Positions 24,529 to 37,660 of a stretch of DNA of 64,000 nucleotides are shown here, piece by piece; the first letter of the stretch is position 1; each line of letters starts with the position of its first letter. Position numbers and translations under genes: made by a program. The DNA lies in contig CM060734.1 in assembly GCA_030704615.1 (NCBI GenBank), positions 14,012,001 to 14,076,000 of the forward strand, read 5' to 3'. This stretch comes from Takakia lepidozioides (taxonomy: Eukaryota; Plantae; Bryophyta). The notes under the pieces are model-generated. The model saw nothing but the letters and a program-made list of their open reading frames with translations, searched no databases and was not told where the DNA came from.

Positions 24529-27500
24529 ATGCCGCCTGAAGGGCGTGGCTCTCCTGAGAGACCTCACATCCAGACCGCGGCGGAAGTTGAAAGCTCTGTA
24601 CTACGGACGACGGCCAATCTCTCGCATGGCCAAACTGAAGCTCCAGCAGGAGATTCCAGTGTCTTGCTCACAACCTGCGCCAACTGAAGCCGAGTACTCT
24701 CAGGCAAGCCACTTCTGCTTTCGGTTTGTTCGATTTATTTTTTGCTTTCGCTTTGTTTTGCATCTTCATCCTGGCTTTGCTGTATGAGTGAACTTTAGAT
24801 AGTTGAGTGAACCTTAGATTGTTTGCAATGCGTGTGCAAATCCGGCAGCTCTGGAGAAGGCTGCTTGTGCATGTCATTCTTAGGCAATGGTTGCATTTGT
24901 TTCATTGTTGTTGCATGGCTCTCCATACTTCCTAAACTTGTTGTTTTCATTTTTGCTACATGATTGCTTGCTATTGTTGCGCTGCTCGTTTGATGCTGCT
25001 TTTTGCACCGATGTTGGTTTTCACGATTTTTTTCAATGAGAGTGACGACGAGCCCGGCACGCTGGTGGTATCATCGACAGCTCCAACTCATCGCATGTTT
25101 GAATCGCCCACTTGGGGCGAGAGGGCAAACTTAACCTTTTGTTGGTGGACGGGAGGACTTGCAACGAGATTACGACAGAGTAGGCATTGGGGAGGTTGGT
25201 GCAGGCGGCATGGCAGGTGAAGGGCGTGAGGACATGAGGACAGCAGATCCGGCAATGGAGGTTGTTCATGCACATGCAGTAGGGCCCGCCCACGCAAAGA
25301 AAAAGAAGAAAGCTAAGCACATGCAATCCCCGGCGAGAGAGCAGTCACGGGCTGCGGAGGGGGGAGTGAGCAGTGCGCGCGAGGGTGTCAGTTCGCCTCA
25401 ATCAAAGGTGGTCGTCCTGGAGGGCTCCCCTGCTGCTAGCCCTAGTAAGAAACAGAAAGCCCGTGAGAGGGCAAAAGAGAGGGCAAAAGAACAGAGACAG
25501 AATGCTAGCCAGGAGGAAAGACAAAAGGCAGCTGAAAGAGGCCAGGGGTGCCCAAATGACAGATGCCAATGTAAGCGAGGGACCCACAGAGACGGTGGAT
25601 CCCTACAAGACACCACAGAGAGGCTTGCACACCGGTTTAGACCATCCGCGGGCAAGAGCACCCCCTCAATTACCCATACGGGAGAGTGGAGGAGAGAAAG
25701 AACACCTGAAAGAGCACGGATTGTGCAAGTTCGAGGTGAAGCCAGGGAGAGGCCAGTAGAGACGACAAGAGTGCTGGAGGTGGTTTCGCAGGTGGCTGAC
25801 CCTGTTGAGGAGGACGACATGGAGGTTTTTGACCAGGATGACATCCTCCCCTCCCCAGGCCCCAACCCCGAGCATACAGGCTGGATTTGGCGGTCCTGGT
25901 GGGCTGCGGAAAACCCCTCTGCCAGACGTCATGTCTGAGGCGGATATGAAGTTGGCCGCTGCCAAGATGTTGGAGGCAACCCCACAGCAACATTGGCAGG
26001 GTGCTGGGGGGCATGGTGTACCGGCCAAGCTTCGAATTCCCCTTTGCCGCTTGGTGTCATTGCAGGTGGTGAGACCTGCCCTGCCCAGGCGATATCGACA
26101 AGCTGAAATTCTCTTCCGGGATGGATATCGAATGGGGTCTGCCGCCTTTTACGTTTCCATTGAGAACGACCACGGAGCTTCCCGTGCCCACACTTCCGAT
26201 GAGGTGGACAAATGGGTCCCCATTGGCAAACGCGAAATGAGGAGTTCGAGAGATCGATTGCTAGTGATCCTCTTTTCCAGCACATGTCCGGTAAGATGTT
26301 CTACGTGTGGGACGGCAATCATCGCCTCCTGGCATGGTGGAGCACATTGCCCAAGCCCACCCCAACGATCTCGATTGGCATTTCGCCGTCGATTGTGTTG
26401 TGCTGAAGGTTGCGGGGCCCAAAGATCGCAGTCTTCTCAAAGCTGCAATGGCCGACATCAACTCGTAAGCTACAACCCCTCTCGCTTTTGGACTTTGAAT
26501 TTGGAAGTCATTTCATTGCGAATCCTCATATATGATGAAAATTCCCATTTCAGTATTGTTTGATGGAAATGTGGCACTGCAGGGTGACTGAGAATGCCTT
26601 CATTGCCACCAACTTGTCCCATATGCTCTTCCGAGTGAAGGATGTCGGGAAGCAGGGGGTGCAAGAGTTTGCCAATTCCCTCAGTGCCGACCTCCTGCGC
26701 AAGTCGGAGGCAAAGGCAGACAGAACCTGGTATAGGCTGAGCGTCGACGCCATGGTGGACTACATATTTCGGGTAAAGCTCCTGACAGTTTTGTTGAGCT
26801 AATTTGTCTCTCCTCCCCCCCAATAGAAGAAATTGTGTTGAGCAGGATCTCTAATCTTATGTGCGCCTTTTCGACAGACGAAAATACAGCAGGATTTGGC
26901 ACATGCGCGGAGGTTCTACATGGAGTCAGGAGAAGAATCCAACCCTCCCGGAACTCGAATCGTATGTCAAAGCTGCGGAGGTGAGGGCCCGCATAAGTAC
27001 AAGTCGCGGATGGTAAAGTACGTGGCCATAGCTGATCCCGCCCTTGGTGCCGACTTTCTGGTGGAGGTGGGAAGCACTACTCTCGCGCTCTGAAGCCCAC
27101 GATGACATTGGAGAAGCTCCATCGTCTAGCCACATCCTGTGTGGATGCAACAGAAAAGGTGATACATTCTTAACCAAATTGTGGTGGCAACAACTCCTTT
27201 TTGTGGTGTTTGGCGCTTACGAATATGCTGGGTGGTTGGACAGACCCGGTGGCTCCAAATCTGGAATGGTTCCCAAAGTACCAGGACATGTGGAGCTTCC
27301 CCAAACCGGACAAACTCTCTGACCCCACATTCGACATGTGGATGAACCGCATGACATGGTGGTTTCAGGTACTTCCCCACGCTTCGTTTGGGGCTTGTAC
27401 TCTAGTAGGGGGTGGATTCATTGTATTTTTTGAGGAAAGCGATCTGATGGACAATCTCCACAGGTGACGACGAATGCGCAAGAGCAGCTGGACACACAAG

Positions 27501-30500
27501 CACATCAGTTCAAGATGGAGATATCTCCTGCAGCAGAGAGCCTACGTGACTATGTGACGAGGTACTTTCTGCTCTACAAAACCAACCTATTCTTTCGGGA
27601 GATAGCAGATGCTCGCCGGAGCCACGAGTTCACCGACCAGCCGAACGCGGACAAAGCAGCAATGCGCCTTCTGTACAGGTATACGCGCTGCCTTTCTTTC
27701 AAGTCCTGGCATTTCAGGATGTTAGAGGCCTCAAGTGGTGTTAGGAAAATGGCGCCGAATTTCCAGAGGCTCCGAAAATGGCTAAGTCCCTAGACTGGCT
27801 GGCCCGGAACTGGAAATTCGGCGCCATTTTCCCAGTTCCAGGCCCTATTGCCGTCAGGGACTTACCCATTTTCGGCCTTCCCTAGACTGGCTGGCCCTGA
27901 AGTGGAAATTCGGCGCATATTTCCAGTTTTAGGCCCTATTGCCGTTCAGGGAGTTAGCCATTTTCGGCTAAGTCCCTAGGTGGCTGGCCCGGAACTGGAA
28001 ATTCGGCGCCGTTTTCCAGTTCTAGGCCCTATTGCCGTCCAGGGACTTAGCCATTTTCGGCTAAGTCCTAGACTGGTGGCCCGTGGAAATTCGGCGCCGT
28101 TCCAGTTCCAGGCCCTATTGCTTTAGCCATTTTCGGCTAAGTCCCAGACTGGGTGGCCCTGAAGTGGAAATTCGGCGCCATATTCCAGTTGTAGGCCCTA
28201 TTGCCGTTCAGGACTTAGCCTTTTCGGACCTCATTGTGTTTTTCATGAATGCAGGTACTGTAAGTTCTCGCTTTTGGAGAAAGGTCATCTGTCTTTCGAG
28301 CCACCATTCTTCCTGGCATGGAGGAACCCTGGGGCTGACTCCATGTACACTGACGATATTGAAGGAGTGGCATCTGGAACATTTGCGTGATTGCCCTTGG
28401 TATGTGGACCTTCCGCCCGGCTCGCTCGACCCATCCGAGTTTTCAATTGAAGCTGGATGCTGAATTCCGACGAAACCGGGCTCCGCTGCCTCCGTTGGGT
28501 GCAAAAGAGGCAAAAGCGCTTGCGAACTCCAGGAAAGCGGCAGAGCTTGCTCAGGCAGGAATTCAGGAGAAATTGCATGAGAAGAGTAAAGGTCAAAGGA
28601 AAAGGACAAGGAAACAGGTGACTGCAGTAACACCCAAAAAGAAGAAAACCATCGGGGCATCGGAGGAGGCGCAGGAGGGGACCCAAGAGAGTGACTCCGA
28701 CGCCGATTTTGTTCAAGGTCCTGCGACTGCTGTTGCTCCTACCCAGTCACCGGTCGTCCGGGTTCCCAAGTCAGTTCGGAGTGGGACTGGCTCTGCCAAG
28801 AAGTTGGCATTTGAGGGCGAGCCTACACGGCGGTATTCGGCGGTGACGTTTACGCACAGGCCAAAGCTAGAACCTCCAACCATCATCCAATGCGTCAATG
28901 AGAGCTTCCTTGACGCTCTCGCTGCCAGGGCGAAGAAGGTGGCACACAACAAGTCTCTGGCGGAGCAGAAGGGGAAGCCAAGAAGAGGGCTGCCGGTACA
29001 GAGCCTAAAGACACCCCTGGTTTTGAAGCCATGATGGAATTCTTCACGGCTGTGAGCACGAATTGCAAGAGCACTCGGGGGGGGGGTTGAGGTGGAGAGA
29101 GCTTGCGACATGATTCTCCTCGACATTCCAGATGGGGAGCTGCTGGAGGGCCTGGATGGTGTGCCCACCTGGAACAGGTTTTACTGAGGACTACTGGAAA
29201 GCCGGGTTTGGGCTGGCGGGGATGCTTCTGGATGACGGTGGATGTGTGGTTGTCCTTGCCACGAGAGGGAAGACCACAGAGAATGCGGTGGCAAGGTGGA
29301 CACCGAAAAGTGTCACCCCGGTCCTCCTCAGAAAATGGTTCTGCATCAGTACGCAGGGGTTGCGAACAGAGGGCCAAAGTGTAAGTTATCAATCTATTGC
29401 ATTCACTTCATATTGTGGTGTATGTTAAGTAGACCCTGGAATTGATCCCTTCTTTGTTGGATGTGCAGACATTGGTGTTTGAGGCATATTGCTTTGTGAA
29501 GAGAGGGTCTACGTTCAAATTCCGCAACGACGGTCGTCTTGTTGATGCCGCTGTGGACCCTGTAACCTACGATGTCCTCTACAACTATGTGCCCCACTCT
29601 AGTATGCCGAAGGACACAAAGACAGGCAAACCGTGGCGGTACAGCCGGACCCGGAGCCCTGCTTTCATCCAAACCCTCATGGAGACGTGCTCGGATGTCC
29701 AAGGGCGGATTCTGGACCTCACATGCGGCACGGGTAAGCCTTCACGTGCTCAGTTTGTCCCCTGGCCCCATTGCAATTGCATGCCGCAAGCTATTAACCG
29801 CCCGCTTTGTTCCTCAGGTGCTTCAATGTGGGCAGGGACGTTGTCCGACAGGCATGTGTTCGCCTTCGAGCCAGATACTGCCCTCCACAACTCGGAACTT
29901 GCAGCGGCTGAACGTCTGCCGAAAGAGGAAGAGGCATCCTCGGAGGATGAGGAAAAATCCGAGAAGGAGCAGGGGGAGGAAGTTGGGATCGAGGCCGAGG
30001 AGCCCCCGGTTTACGAGTGAGTGGTGGCATTGTAAGTTGCCTCCAGATTTTGTGAGGCACCTCCCTCCGCTCTCTTATTTCATTGAAAACCCTTTCTGGT
30101 TGTGCTGGTATTGACATTCTTCAAGTGGATTTGTTCTTACTGTAGGATGCCAAGTACTGCCGGAGGGACGTCTACACCGGAGTTCATGGGCAGGAGGAAC
30201 GTGCCTTTTTTTGCCAGGGGGATTTCATGCCTAGTCCAGAAAGGGAGTACATCCTTCCTACTTATGCTGCCCGGCTTGCTTCGGTGTCCATTAGGAGGTG
30301 TTCCGAACGTAGTCGTGTACAGCAGATTTTAGACGAGGCAAGCCTCAAGAAAATGAAGATGAGGGAGGAGGCAGCAGCTATTAGAGCCCGTCGGCTCGTA
30401 GATTTTTGTGTTGGATTCTGCTGAGGAAAGTGGGGGAGAAGACGCAGAAGATTCCCAGGAGGTGAGGTGGACAGTCCCCCAAGGAGAGGACGGGATTTTT

Positions 30501-30596
30501 GAGAGGCATAGTGGAACTGATGCATCACAGAGCTCGGAGGATGAGGGGGATGAGGGGGATGAGGAAGAAGGTGGGCAAGTTCCTCGGAGGGTGTAG
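24529..30596 (+). CDS. ParB/Srx-like + beta-class N4/N6 DNA methyltransferase-like fusion, copy 2 (most complete; frameshifted)
   Basis: Low-complexity N-terminus (start uncertain), then LRIPLCRLVSLQVVRPAL...GYRMGSAAFYVSIEN...MFYVWDGNHRLLAWW (DGNHR at 26311-26325). Introns at the same positions as copy 1 (~26465-26583, 26773-26877, 27159-27243, 27369-27463, 27679-28254, ~29381-29468, 29733-29817, ~30017-30145). CDMILLDIPDG (DIPDG at 29122-29136); RSPAFIQTLMETCSDVQGRILDLTCGT|GASMWAG..SDRHVFAFEPD. Confidence 0.8.
27745..28220. repeat. Intronic ~90-bp tandem repeat carrying the GGAAATTCGGCGCC motif (~6 copies)
   Basis: Units ctagactggctggccc..ggaaattcggcgcc..ccagtt..aggccctattgccgt inside intron 27679-28254. 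Confidence 0.9.
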
Positions 30597-30714
30597 GAGA
30601 GTAGTGCCCATTCCGGCTATGACAGTTAGAACACACTTGTATAGACGTGGCTTGCCACAAAATTTGCAATAAAATGTTGCATTTCAAGTCCACTGGTGCC
30701 ACATTCCAACTTCA

Positions 30715-30823
30715 CATGACCCTATTTCCGTGCCTCCTAACCCTATTTCGTGGACTCACAATGGTCTGCTCATGCTTTTTTTTTTTCCGCTCATGCTCAT
30801 GCCGCTCATGAAATAGCAGCCCC
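30715..30823 (+). mobile_element. Putative 3' terminus of ParB-MTase element 2
   Basis: CCTATTTC repeats and GCTCATG repeats ending GCTCATGAAATAGCAGCCCC, as at 7381-7402. Confidence 0.6.
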
Positions 30824-32063
30824 GGTTATAGGCGGCGCATGTTAATGCTGACGTGGCAGATGACGGACACTGCCACATCATCATTTGCCGCCACATCAGC
30901 ATGCTGACATGACGCTCATGCCACGTCAGCGTGGGTGCAGGCTCACGCCACGTCACTCCTGCGTGAGCGTACGCTCACGCGCAACGCTCACGCCATTGCG
31001 TCGTTGCTACCAGACCATCGGTGGTCTTTCACGGAGGTGGGAGTTTTGCCATGTACACACAACAAAAAACCAGATCGCCTGAATTTTGGACGAAACAAAC
31101 TTGCCGCATGAAATCGACCCAAATATATGTGCCCAAGTCGTTCAAAAACAAAATCAACCAAGCGGGGTGGGCCTCTAAAAGGGGCTCTCCCAAGGAGGGT
31201 GGCTTTTTCCATGCGAGCCCTACATGGCTATGGGTGGCTATTCCATCGGGCCCCACATGGCTATTGCATGCCTCCCCAAAGTGGTTGCATGGCAGCTGCA
31301 GACAAATCTTCTAGAATGTGGCGATGCTCTCCAGGTGGGACAGTTGGAGGCGTTGGCTGATGGCAGTTAACATAAGAGAGTTAGCTAAGAGACGAGAAGA
31401 GATGCATAGCCAAGAGAGAGTCCAAGAGAGAGGGCAAGCCATAGCTATGCAACGGAAGGTTTAGGATTGCTATGCAACGGCGCTACAATGAAGAGGAGGG
31501 TGTAAAGGGTCTTCAACAACTCTATATAATTTATATTTATCTTCATACACGGATTTTATGTAACACAGGTTATTCTGTGTTTATTCAAGGTGATTTTTCT
31601 GCTCCAAATTACTTACCCAGATGCACTTGGCTCTGCTTGATTGCGACTTTCCATGGCTACGGATTGATATTTTACATATTCAAAGAGAACCCATGTCTAT
31701 CCCCTGTGTGAACACCACCTTACACTCTTTGTTGTAATCTGATCTCCACGAAGCCATCTTCGCCTCGGAAGCCAGGCTTGATCTTCAAATTTTTCCCTAG
31801 ACTATTAGGTACTTATCACCGATGACCGCAGGAGATCATGAGGAGTTACATGCTAGGATAATTTTGCCATTCTAAGAAACATTATTTCAAAGTCTTAAAT
31901 AACTATTGAGAACCAGCATGAGGAGACCAAGAGACACAATAGATTTATGGTTCTTTGAGGAGGCGTCATCAATTTTTTTAGAACTGGGACGTTGAGAAGT
32001 GATATCCGACAATTCATGAGCTTCATTGACTAGGATAATGATAACCAGTACAAAGAAGAACAT

Positions 32064-32980
32064 CGGTCCCAATATGGATGTGGCTTGATTTTATTGGCAA
32101 GCGTGTGAGCTGACGGGTACGGCCAACGAGGTACAGCCGGGGAACCCCTGCTCCGGCAGCCTCGTCGGTGAACTGGACGCCCCATGTCAAATCATCCCCA
32201 CCCCCTCCAACCCTCCGCCCGTTGCCCCCCCCCGCCCCCGTCCTCCCGCTGCTCCCCGCGCCCGCCCGCCCGGACCCCTGACCCCCGCCCCACCGCTGGC
32301 CACGCGGCGCCCCACAGCACACCGCCCATCACACAGCCACGTGGCGGCCCCCTACTGTGGATCCCCTCACTGGGTTGATCCCCCTTCCAGTGCCGGAGTG
32401 ATCCCCCACCCCCATCTCCAGCCACGTGGCGCTCCCCGAACCGTCGATCCCTCCCCATCCATCACCTCAATTAATGGATGACGGCCGGATGAAGGCCCCA
32501 TGATGCGCCATCGCACGTGGCACTCCCGCGCCGTCGATCCCCTCCTCCCATCCATGACGCGCTCCCCCGAGACGTGCCGCCCCCCCGACGCACCTTGATC
32601 CCCCTTCCGGACGGGAGTGATCCCCCAACCCTAATCGCCCGCCTGTGCGGCTCCCCCGGACCGTCGATCCCTTGCGCATCCATCCAACCTCACAAACAAT
32701 GGATGTTGTGTGTCATCCGCCCCTCATCCCCCCCCCATCCTCCCCCGCGCAAGGAATGGACGACGGCCGGATGAAGGCCGGATGACACTGACAGGCCACG
32801 TGCCGCTCCCCCCCGCCGTCGATACCCTCTTCCCATCGACGGCCCCGATCCCCCGACACGTCGCCCCCACCCCCGGTTGATCCCCCCGTCCAAACCGGGA
32901 ATGATCCCCCTCTCGTCTTCTCCACCACGTGGCGGTCTCCGTAGCCGTCGATCCCCTCGTCCCATCCAAGACCCGATCCC
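32064..32980 (+). repeat. Left TIR, GC-rich with GATCCCC sub-repeats
   Basis: Reverse complement of ~44890-45898. Confidence 0.9.
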
Positions 32981-33236
32981 CCCCCCGAGCCACCGCTCCC
33001 CCGCCTCTGGTTGATCCCCGCCGCCGCGCGTGTCTTCCTACCCTTGACCCCCCCCCCCCGCGCGCGTCAACGGCAGAACAGGTGATCGTTCCCCCCCATG
33101 GCGGTCCCCTCTCCGTTGATCCCCCACACCACCTGGAGTGATCCCCCATCCTTCCGCTCCCCCCCCCCCCCGGGAGAGATCCCCCTTCCACGTGTCAAAT
33201 GTCAGGGTGTTTGCACGTGGCTATCATTCTGTTCAT

Positions 33237-36200
33237 CTATGTCGTCCTCCCCCCATCCAACGGCCATGCACGTCCCCCGCCATTTTGGTCTGTGAGATGA
33301 ACGGAGTGGATGTATTAAAATTTAGGGTTTCTGGCTGCTCGTAGATTTGATCCTCTTTGCGCGTGTATGCTGCACTTGCGCGTTAGTTTGCTGCTGTGTA
33401 CTGTACTGCTGCAGGATGCGTGTGGTCTGCGGATGTGTACTGTTCCTGCAGGGGTGCTGGGCATCATGACTGGATCTTCGGAGTTGCGCACGTCATTCCT
33501 TCTATCACAGCTGCGTGGCACGTTGCAAATCCCCCCGGATGGTTCCTTCAACCACAGGTCGCTTATATGGACTCCAACTATTTTCAAGTGGAGGTGGACA
33601 TCGTGTATATACGGATGTTGCGGTCATTCGACGATTTTGTGAGAGGGGAGGAAGAAAGGGCAGGTGCCCACTCACTTCAACATAAACGGTGCCTAAAAAG
33701 GGAAAGCATGAGGAGGGCGAGCTCTTAGCTCCAAGGGCCAATAGTTGCTCTCTTGTCATGAAGTCCGCCTTCACCTTTGTGGTTTCTGGATGGTCTCTAT
33801 GTGTTCTTTGTAATGGCATGCTGCTTGTTTGCATTGTTTGCTCTATTTCTATTTTGTCAAAATGATATGCTCTCTTGCTCCGAGTATTCCACTCCGCCAA
33901 CGTAGTTCTCATCATTGTTCAGGTTCCATTGTTCTTATGGACCTGAGGACAAGCGCACAAATGTAATATCTGTCAATAAACATTCTTTGAAGAGAAGGAA
34001 CGGCAGGAGAGGGTGTGTGCTGGATGCTTCATCGCCTTCTTACAACAACCACCTGGCATGTGAGACTTTCCAGCGACATAAGGACGAGGGGACCAATCTG
34101 AAGATGTGGAAGGAGGCCCAGCCCCAGAGTGTTTTCTTCTATCAAGAGGACATGCCCGATGCCCCTGCTGGAGGAAACACAGCACGACAATGTCGACCTC
34201 AAATTTGCCATTGGCATTCAAACAGAATTTCAGAAAAAAAAACAATGCTCCAAATGGGTGACAAACGTATCGTCTCTTGTGATGCGACCTTCGGAACGAA
34301 TGAACACAAGGTGTGTGGAATCAACGGCGTGGACTCCTGGGAGCATAAGAGCATAGCATCTTTCACTGTGAAGGGGATCAGTGGGGAGCAGGGCACAGGG
34401 GGACCATAGCCTTATCCGATGTGCAGGGGATCACGACATTGGGTCATCACCAGTGACCTATTAATCCCCCTATCGGATTCGACACCACGGCTGCCTCAGC
34501 CCATTAGGGTACTAGACACATAGGCCAAACTCCATTATGTATACTGCTCTGTATATGTTGGGACCATTTTGGGACCATGACGTGTACTTGTGTGATTCGT
34601 AGTGAGGGTGCGCAGGTAGGAGGGAAGACAGCTTAGCAAATGCATGCCTTGGGGGGTTATAGAGAGGAATGATGGAGGGATGGTCTCCTTCCAAGGGATC
34701 ATGGCATAGCCCACAGGGGGGATCACATAATACTAAAATGAGAACAGAAGGGGTTGCAGGTTCGGGGTTCACCTCTGTGATTTTATTGTCATTAATTTCA
34801 GTAAAATGTTTCGCCTATTTTCAAAACAAAAGTACTTACATTGCACATTTTCGTCTTGTGTGCAGTATGCCATGTATACTCTTATGGTCTTCGACATTGG
34901 CCTTCCATTGCCTTGCCTGCTTCTGCATGAGGGGAGCACTGAGAGGGGAACAGTCACAATGTTTCCGGGGGATCCGTGTAGAGGGGACCAAGAGTGTAGG
35001 GTTGCATGGGGATCAGTGAAAGGGGATCGATTGGGATCAATGATCAGGGGACCAGGGGAGGGTAGCAGGGGATCAGGAGCAGCAGATCTCACATCCGACA
35101 ATGATGAGGGTCCAGGAGTCCAAGGTTGCACGGGGGGATCAGTGAAAGGGGATCAATTATGGGATCAGTGATCAGGGACTTCGGACACTCATGGTACCAG
35201 GGGATCAGGACCAGCACATGTTTGATCCGACAATGTGATTTTTATCGGCCTTTCATTGGCCATAGGAGGGCTCATGTATTCCCCTTTCATTGCCTTCACC
35301 GGATCTGCATGAGGGGTTTCAGTCAAAGGGGATCAGGGGATCACAAGCAGGGAGCACTTATCAGAGATTCATACTTGTATCTGATTTTGTGGTGGTCCTG
35401 TTGTGGTGTTGTAGTGGCCTTGCTAATGCCATTTTGTGGATGGTTCAGGCATACGTTCCCAGGGGTGCCGGTTTTCCTGTGCCTTTGGCATGTTCGAAGG
35501 GCCTGGCTGAGAATGCCATCGAGAAGATCAAGGATGCCCAGTTAAGGGCCGATGTCTTGCAAGGTATGGGTGACATCATGTACAATAAAGGTGGTCCCAT
35601 TGGTGACTCTTCGCAGGCCTGGGCTGTGTTTAGATTGTATGAGTTACAAACAAAGTATCCCGCAGCTAAACTGTTCTTCTTGTATATCCACAAATGGTGG
35701 ATCCCGAAAGTGGACATGTGGGTTGTTGGAGCTCGAAATATCCCACATGCCGGACAAGATACGAATGCTGGAATTGAAGCGTACCATGCAAACCTAGGTC
35801 CTCCACACATTACTGGTACATTTCGACCTTGAAAGCTGAAGGGTTCATTCGCAACTCTAGGATGGAACATTTCGTGCAAAATGCGGTGTGGATGGCTGGG
35901 CAGATACCGGAATCCAACGTGGAATTGCCGAGCACGGGGGATCCTGCGAAGGTAAAAAGCATGTCTTCTCCAGGCACTGTATACACTATATGCAATCCAA
36001 CATCCGAGTGGGCTTGTTGTGACTGCCCTAACGCCATGGAAGGGAACCTATGCAAGCACCAAGTGAAGGTGTTCAAGATGTTGCGGCCACATGTACCAGA
36101 GGGTTTAATTGTCCGAACTTGTGGAACACGACTTGGACACTCAATGGGGGCATGGCCAAGCTGCTCGACCTTGATCCCCTGTCCGCTGCGGAGCCCCCGT

Positions 36201-36650
36201 GTGACACAGATCCCATGTGTGGCATTGATCCCCCTGCACCAGACACGGTTCCGGCTGGCAATGTCTTGGGGAGCAGCAGCCCCGCCATGAATTGCAGGCA
36301 ACTGTCATGAAGGCCATCGCAGAGGAGATGCTTGGTTTGGAAGTCTGTGTGAAAGGTAACATGGCCCTTCAGAACCATCTTTTGAGTGACCTTCGTGTCA
36401 CAAGGAAAACTAGCGCAAATGGCCACACGCATGGCTGCGGTCTTCTCCACCCACATCTTGTAAGAAGGTTTGAACGTGTTCAGGATGGATTGGGAATGAG
36501 TTTGAAGAGAAGAAAGGATTGGGTAGAGGTTTCTATGTCACGGAAATCAAGACGTCTTGGATCCAAAAGAGTCTCAATCCCTCCATCTTCGTCTATTTTG
36601 CATGCACTTCGTCAAGTTGGGCGTCCCAGATTGAAGGTTGAGAGCAAGCA
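33237..36650 (+). pseudogene. MULE transposase with SWIM zinc finger (internally deleted, frameshifted)
   Basis: FDDFVRGEEER, FHCSYGPED, RRGC, SCDATFGTN (first D at 34281), YTLMVFD, FLCLWHVRRAW (~35480), GQDTNAGIEAYHANL (catalytic E, ~35761-35795), SWIM CDC...GNLCKH (~36017-36059). The second catalytic D region is not seen. Confidence 0.85.
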
Positions 36651-37249
36651 GGTTTATGCTCTCGTGCTCCCATTCAGATTGTTGATTTCCCTGAGATTGC
36701 ATTCTCATCGAAGCATTTGGTATCAAACAATTTCTCATTATTCAAAATGGCTGAAGCTATGTTCAGTGACGCATGTGTTCTGTGATTCACAATGGAATGA
36801 AGGAGATGTGGATGATCTTTATTGCAATTGAGTCTGTATGCATGCATTTGCAGTTCTGTTCAAAACACAAATTACCGCCCACTTTATGTTTAGCCTTTAA
36901 ATTAACAGTCCTGAATTCCAATACTGAAAAACGGTTGCCACCAGTCTCTAGTGCGTTCCCTGCCACCTTTTTTGCATTGCAAGCACACTGCTCCCCTCCT
37001 CCCATCATCCCCCTCTTCGTGTAGTGCTTCGGCCTCTGCTCCCCTGAAATGGCAGAGGTCCCTGATCCCCTGATCCCCTTCTCATCACAGCTGGCCCCCT
37101 CACACCGCTGCTTCCCGAGGTTGTGCTCAGCTCCCCGTGATCCCCTTCCCATTCACTGCCCCCTCATCCCTTGCGGCTTCGCAATGGACTTATATGCCCG
37201 GTCCCCTTCACCGTGCACTGCTCCCCATGTAACACCCAAAGAGTTTTGC

Positions 37250-37660
37250 TCAACAAGCAGTGCGGCTGTCATCCGGCGGGGCAATTATTGAAGCCAACGC
37301 CTTGTGTTCAGTGACCCATGATGTTTTGTGCGATTCACAGTGGTATGAGAGACATTTGTGGTGACCTCGGTGGGAACCATTTGGATTCCCATAGTGTATA
37401 TAACATATCGGACACCGTATATGTGGTTTTGAAAGCCATTCTGTCTCATAACCATTATACATTCGCTTCCAACGTGAAGCCACCAGTTCAAAGTTCTCCA
37501 TTTGAAAAGGAGGATACCATTGCATTTGCAAGGCAGTGCACCATAAAACCGATGCTTCAGTATCATCGTCCCTTTCAGAGAGCAAATGACACTGTCTTGG
37601 ACTAAAGCGAAAGTTTGTGGGCTTGGGTCATCTTCCGACTCTGGGCTCTCCGCCATTGTT
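37250..37660 (-). CDS. Unknown small MULE-borne ORF with Cys/His cluster
   Basis: ORFs 37285-37770 and 37250-37585 (HIRCPICYIHYGNPNGSHRGHHKC); no family recognised. Confidence 0.3.

Noticed and set aside
24529-30596. Bacterial or phage contamination as the source of the ParB-MTase gene
   Set aside because: The gene has multiple spliceosomal GT-AG introns at conserved positions and is interleaved with plant retrotransposons.
32184-33300. Many Gly/Pro/Arg-rich ORFs in the TIRs (also 44389-45800, 22612-24452, 4453-5090)
   Set aside because: They are translations of GC-rich repeats and palindromes, open in several frames on both strands, with no domain motifs.
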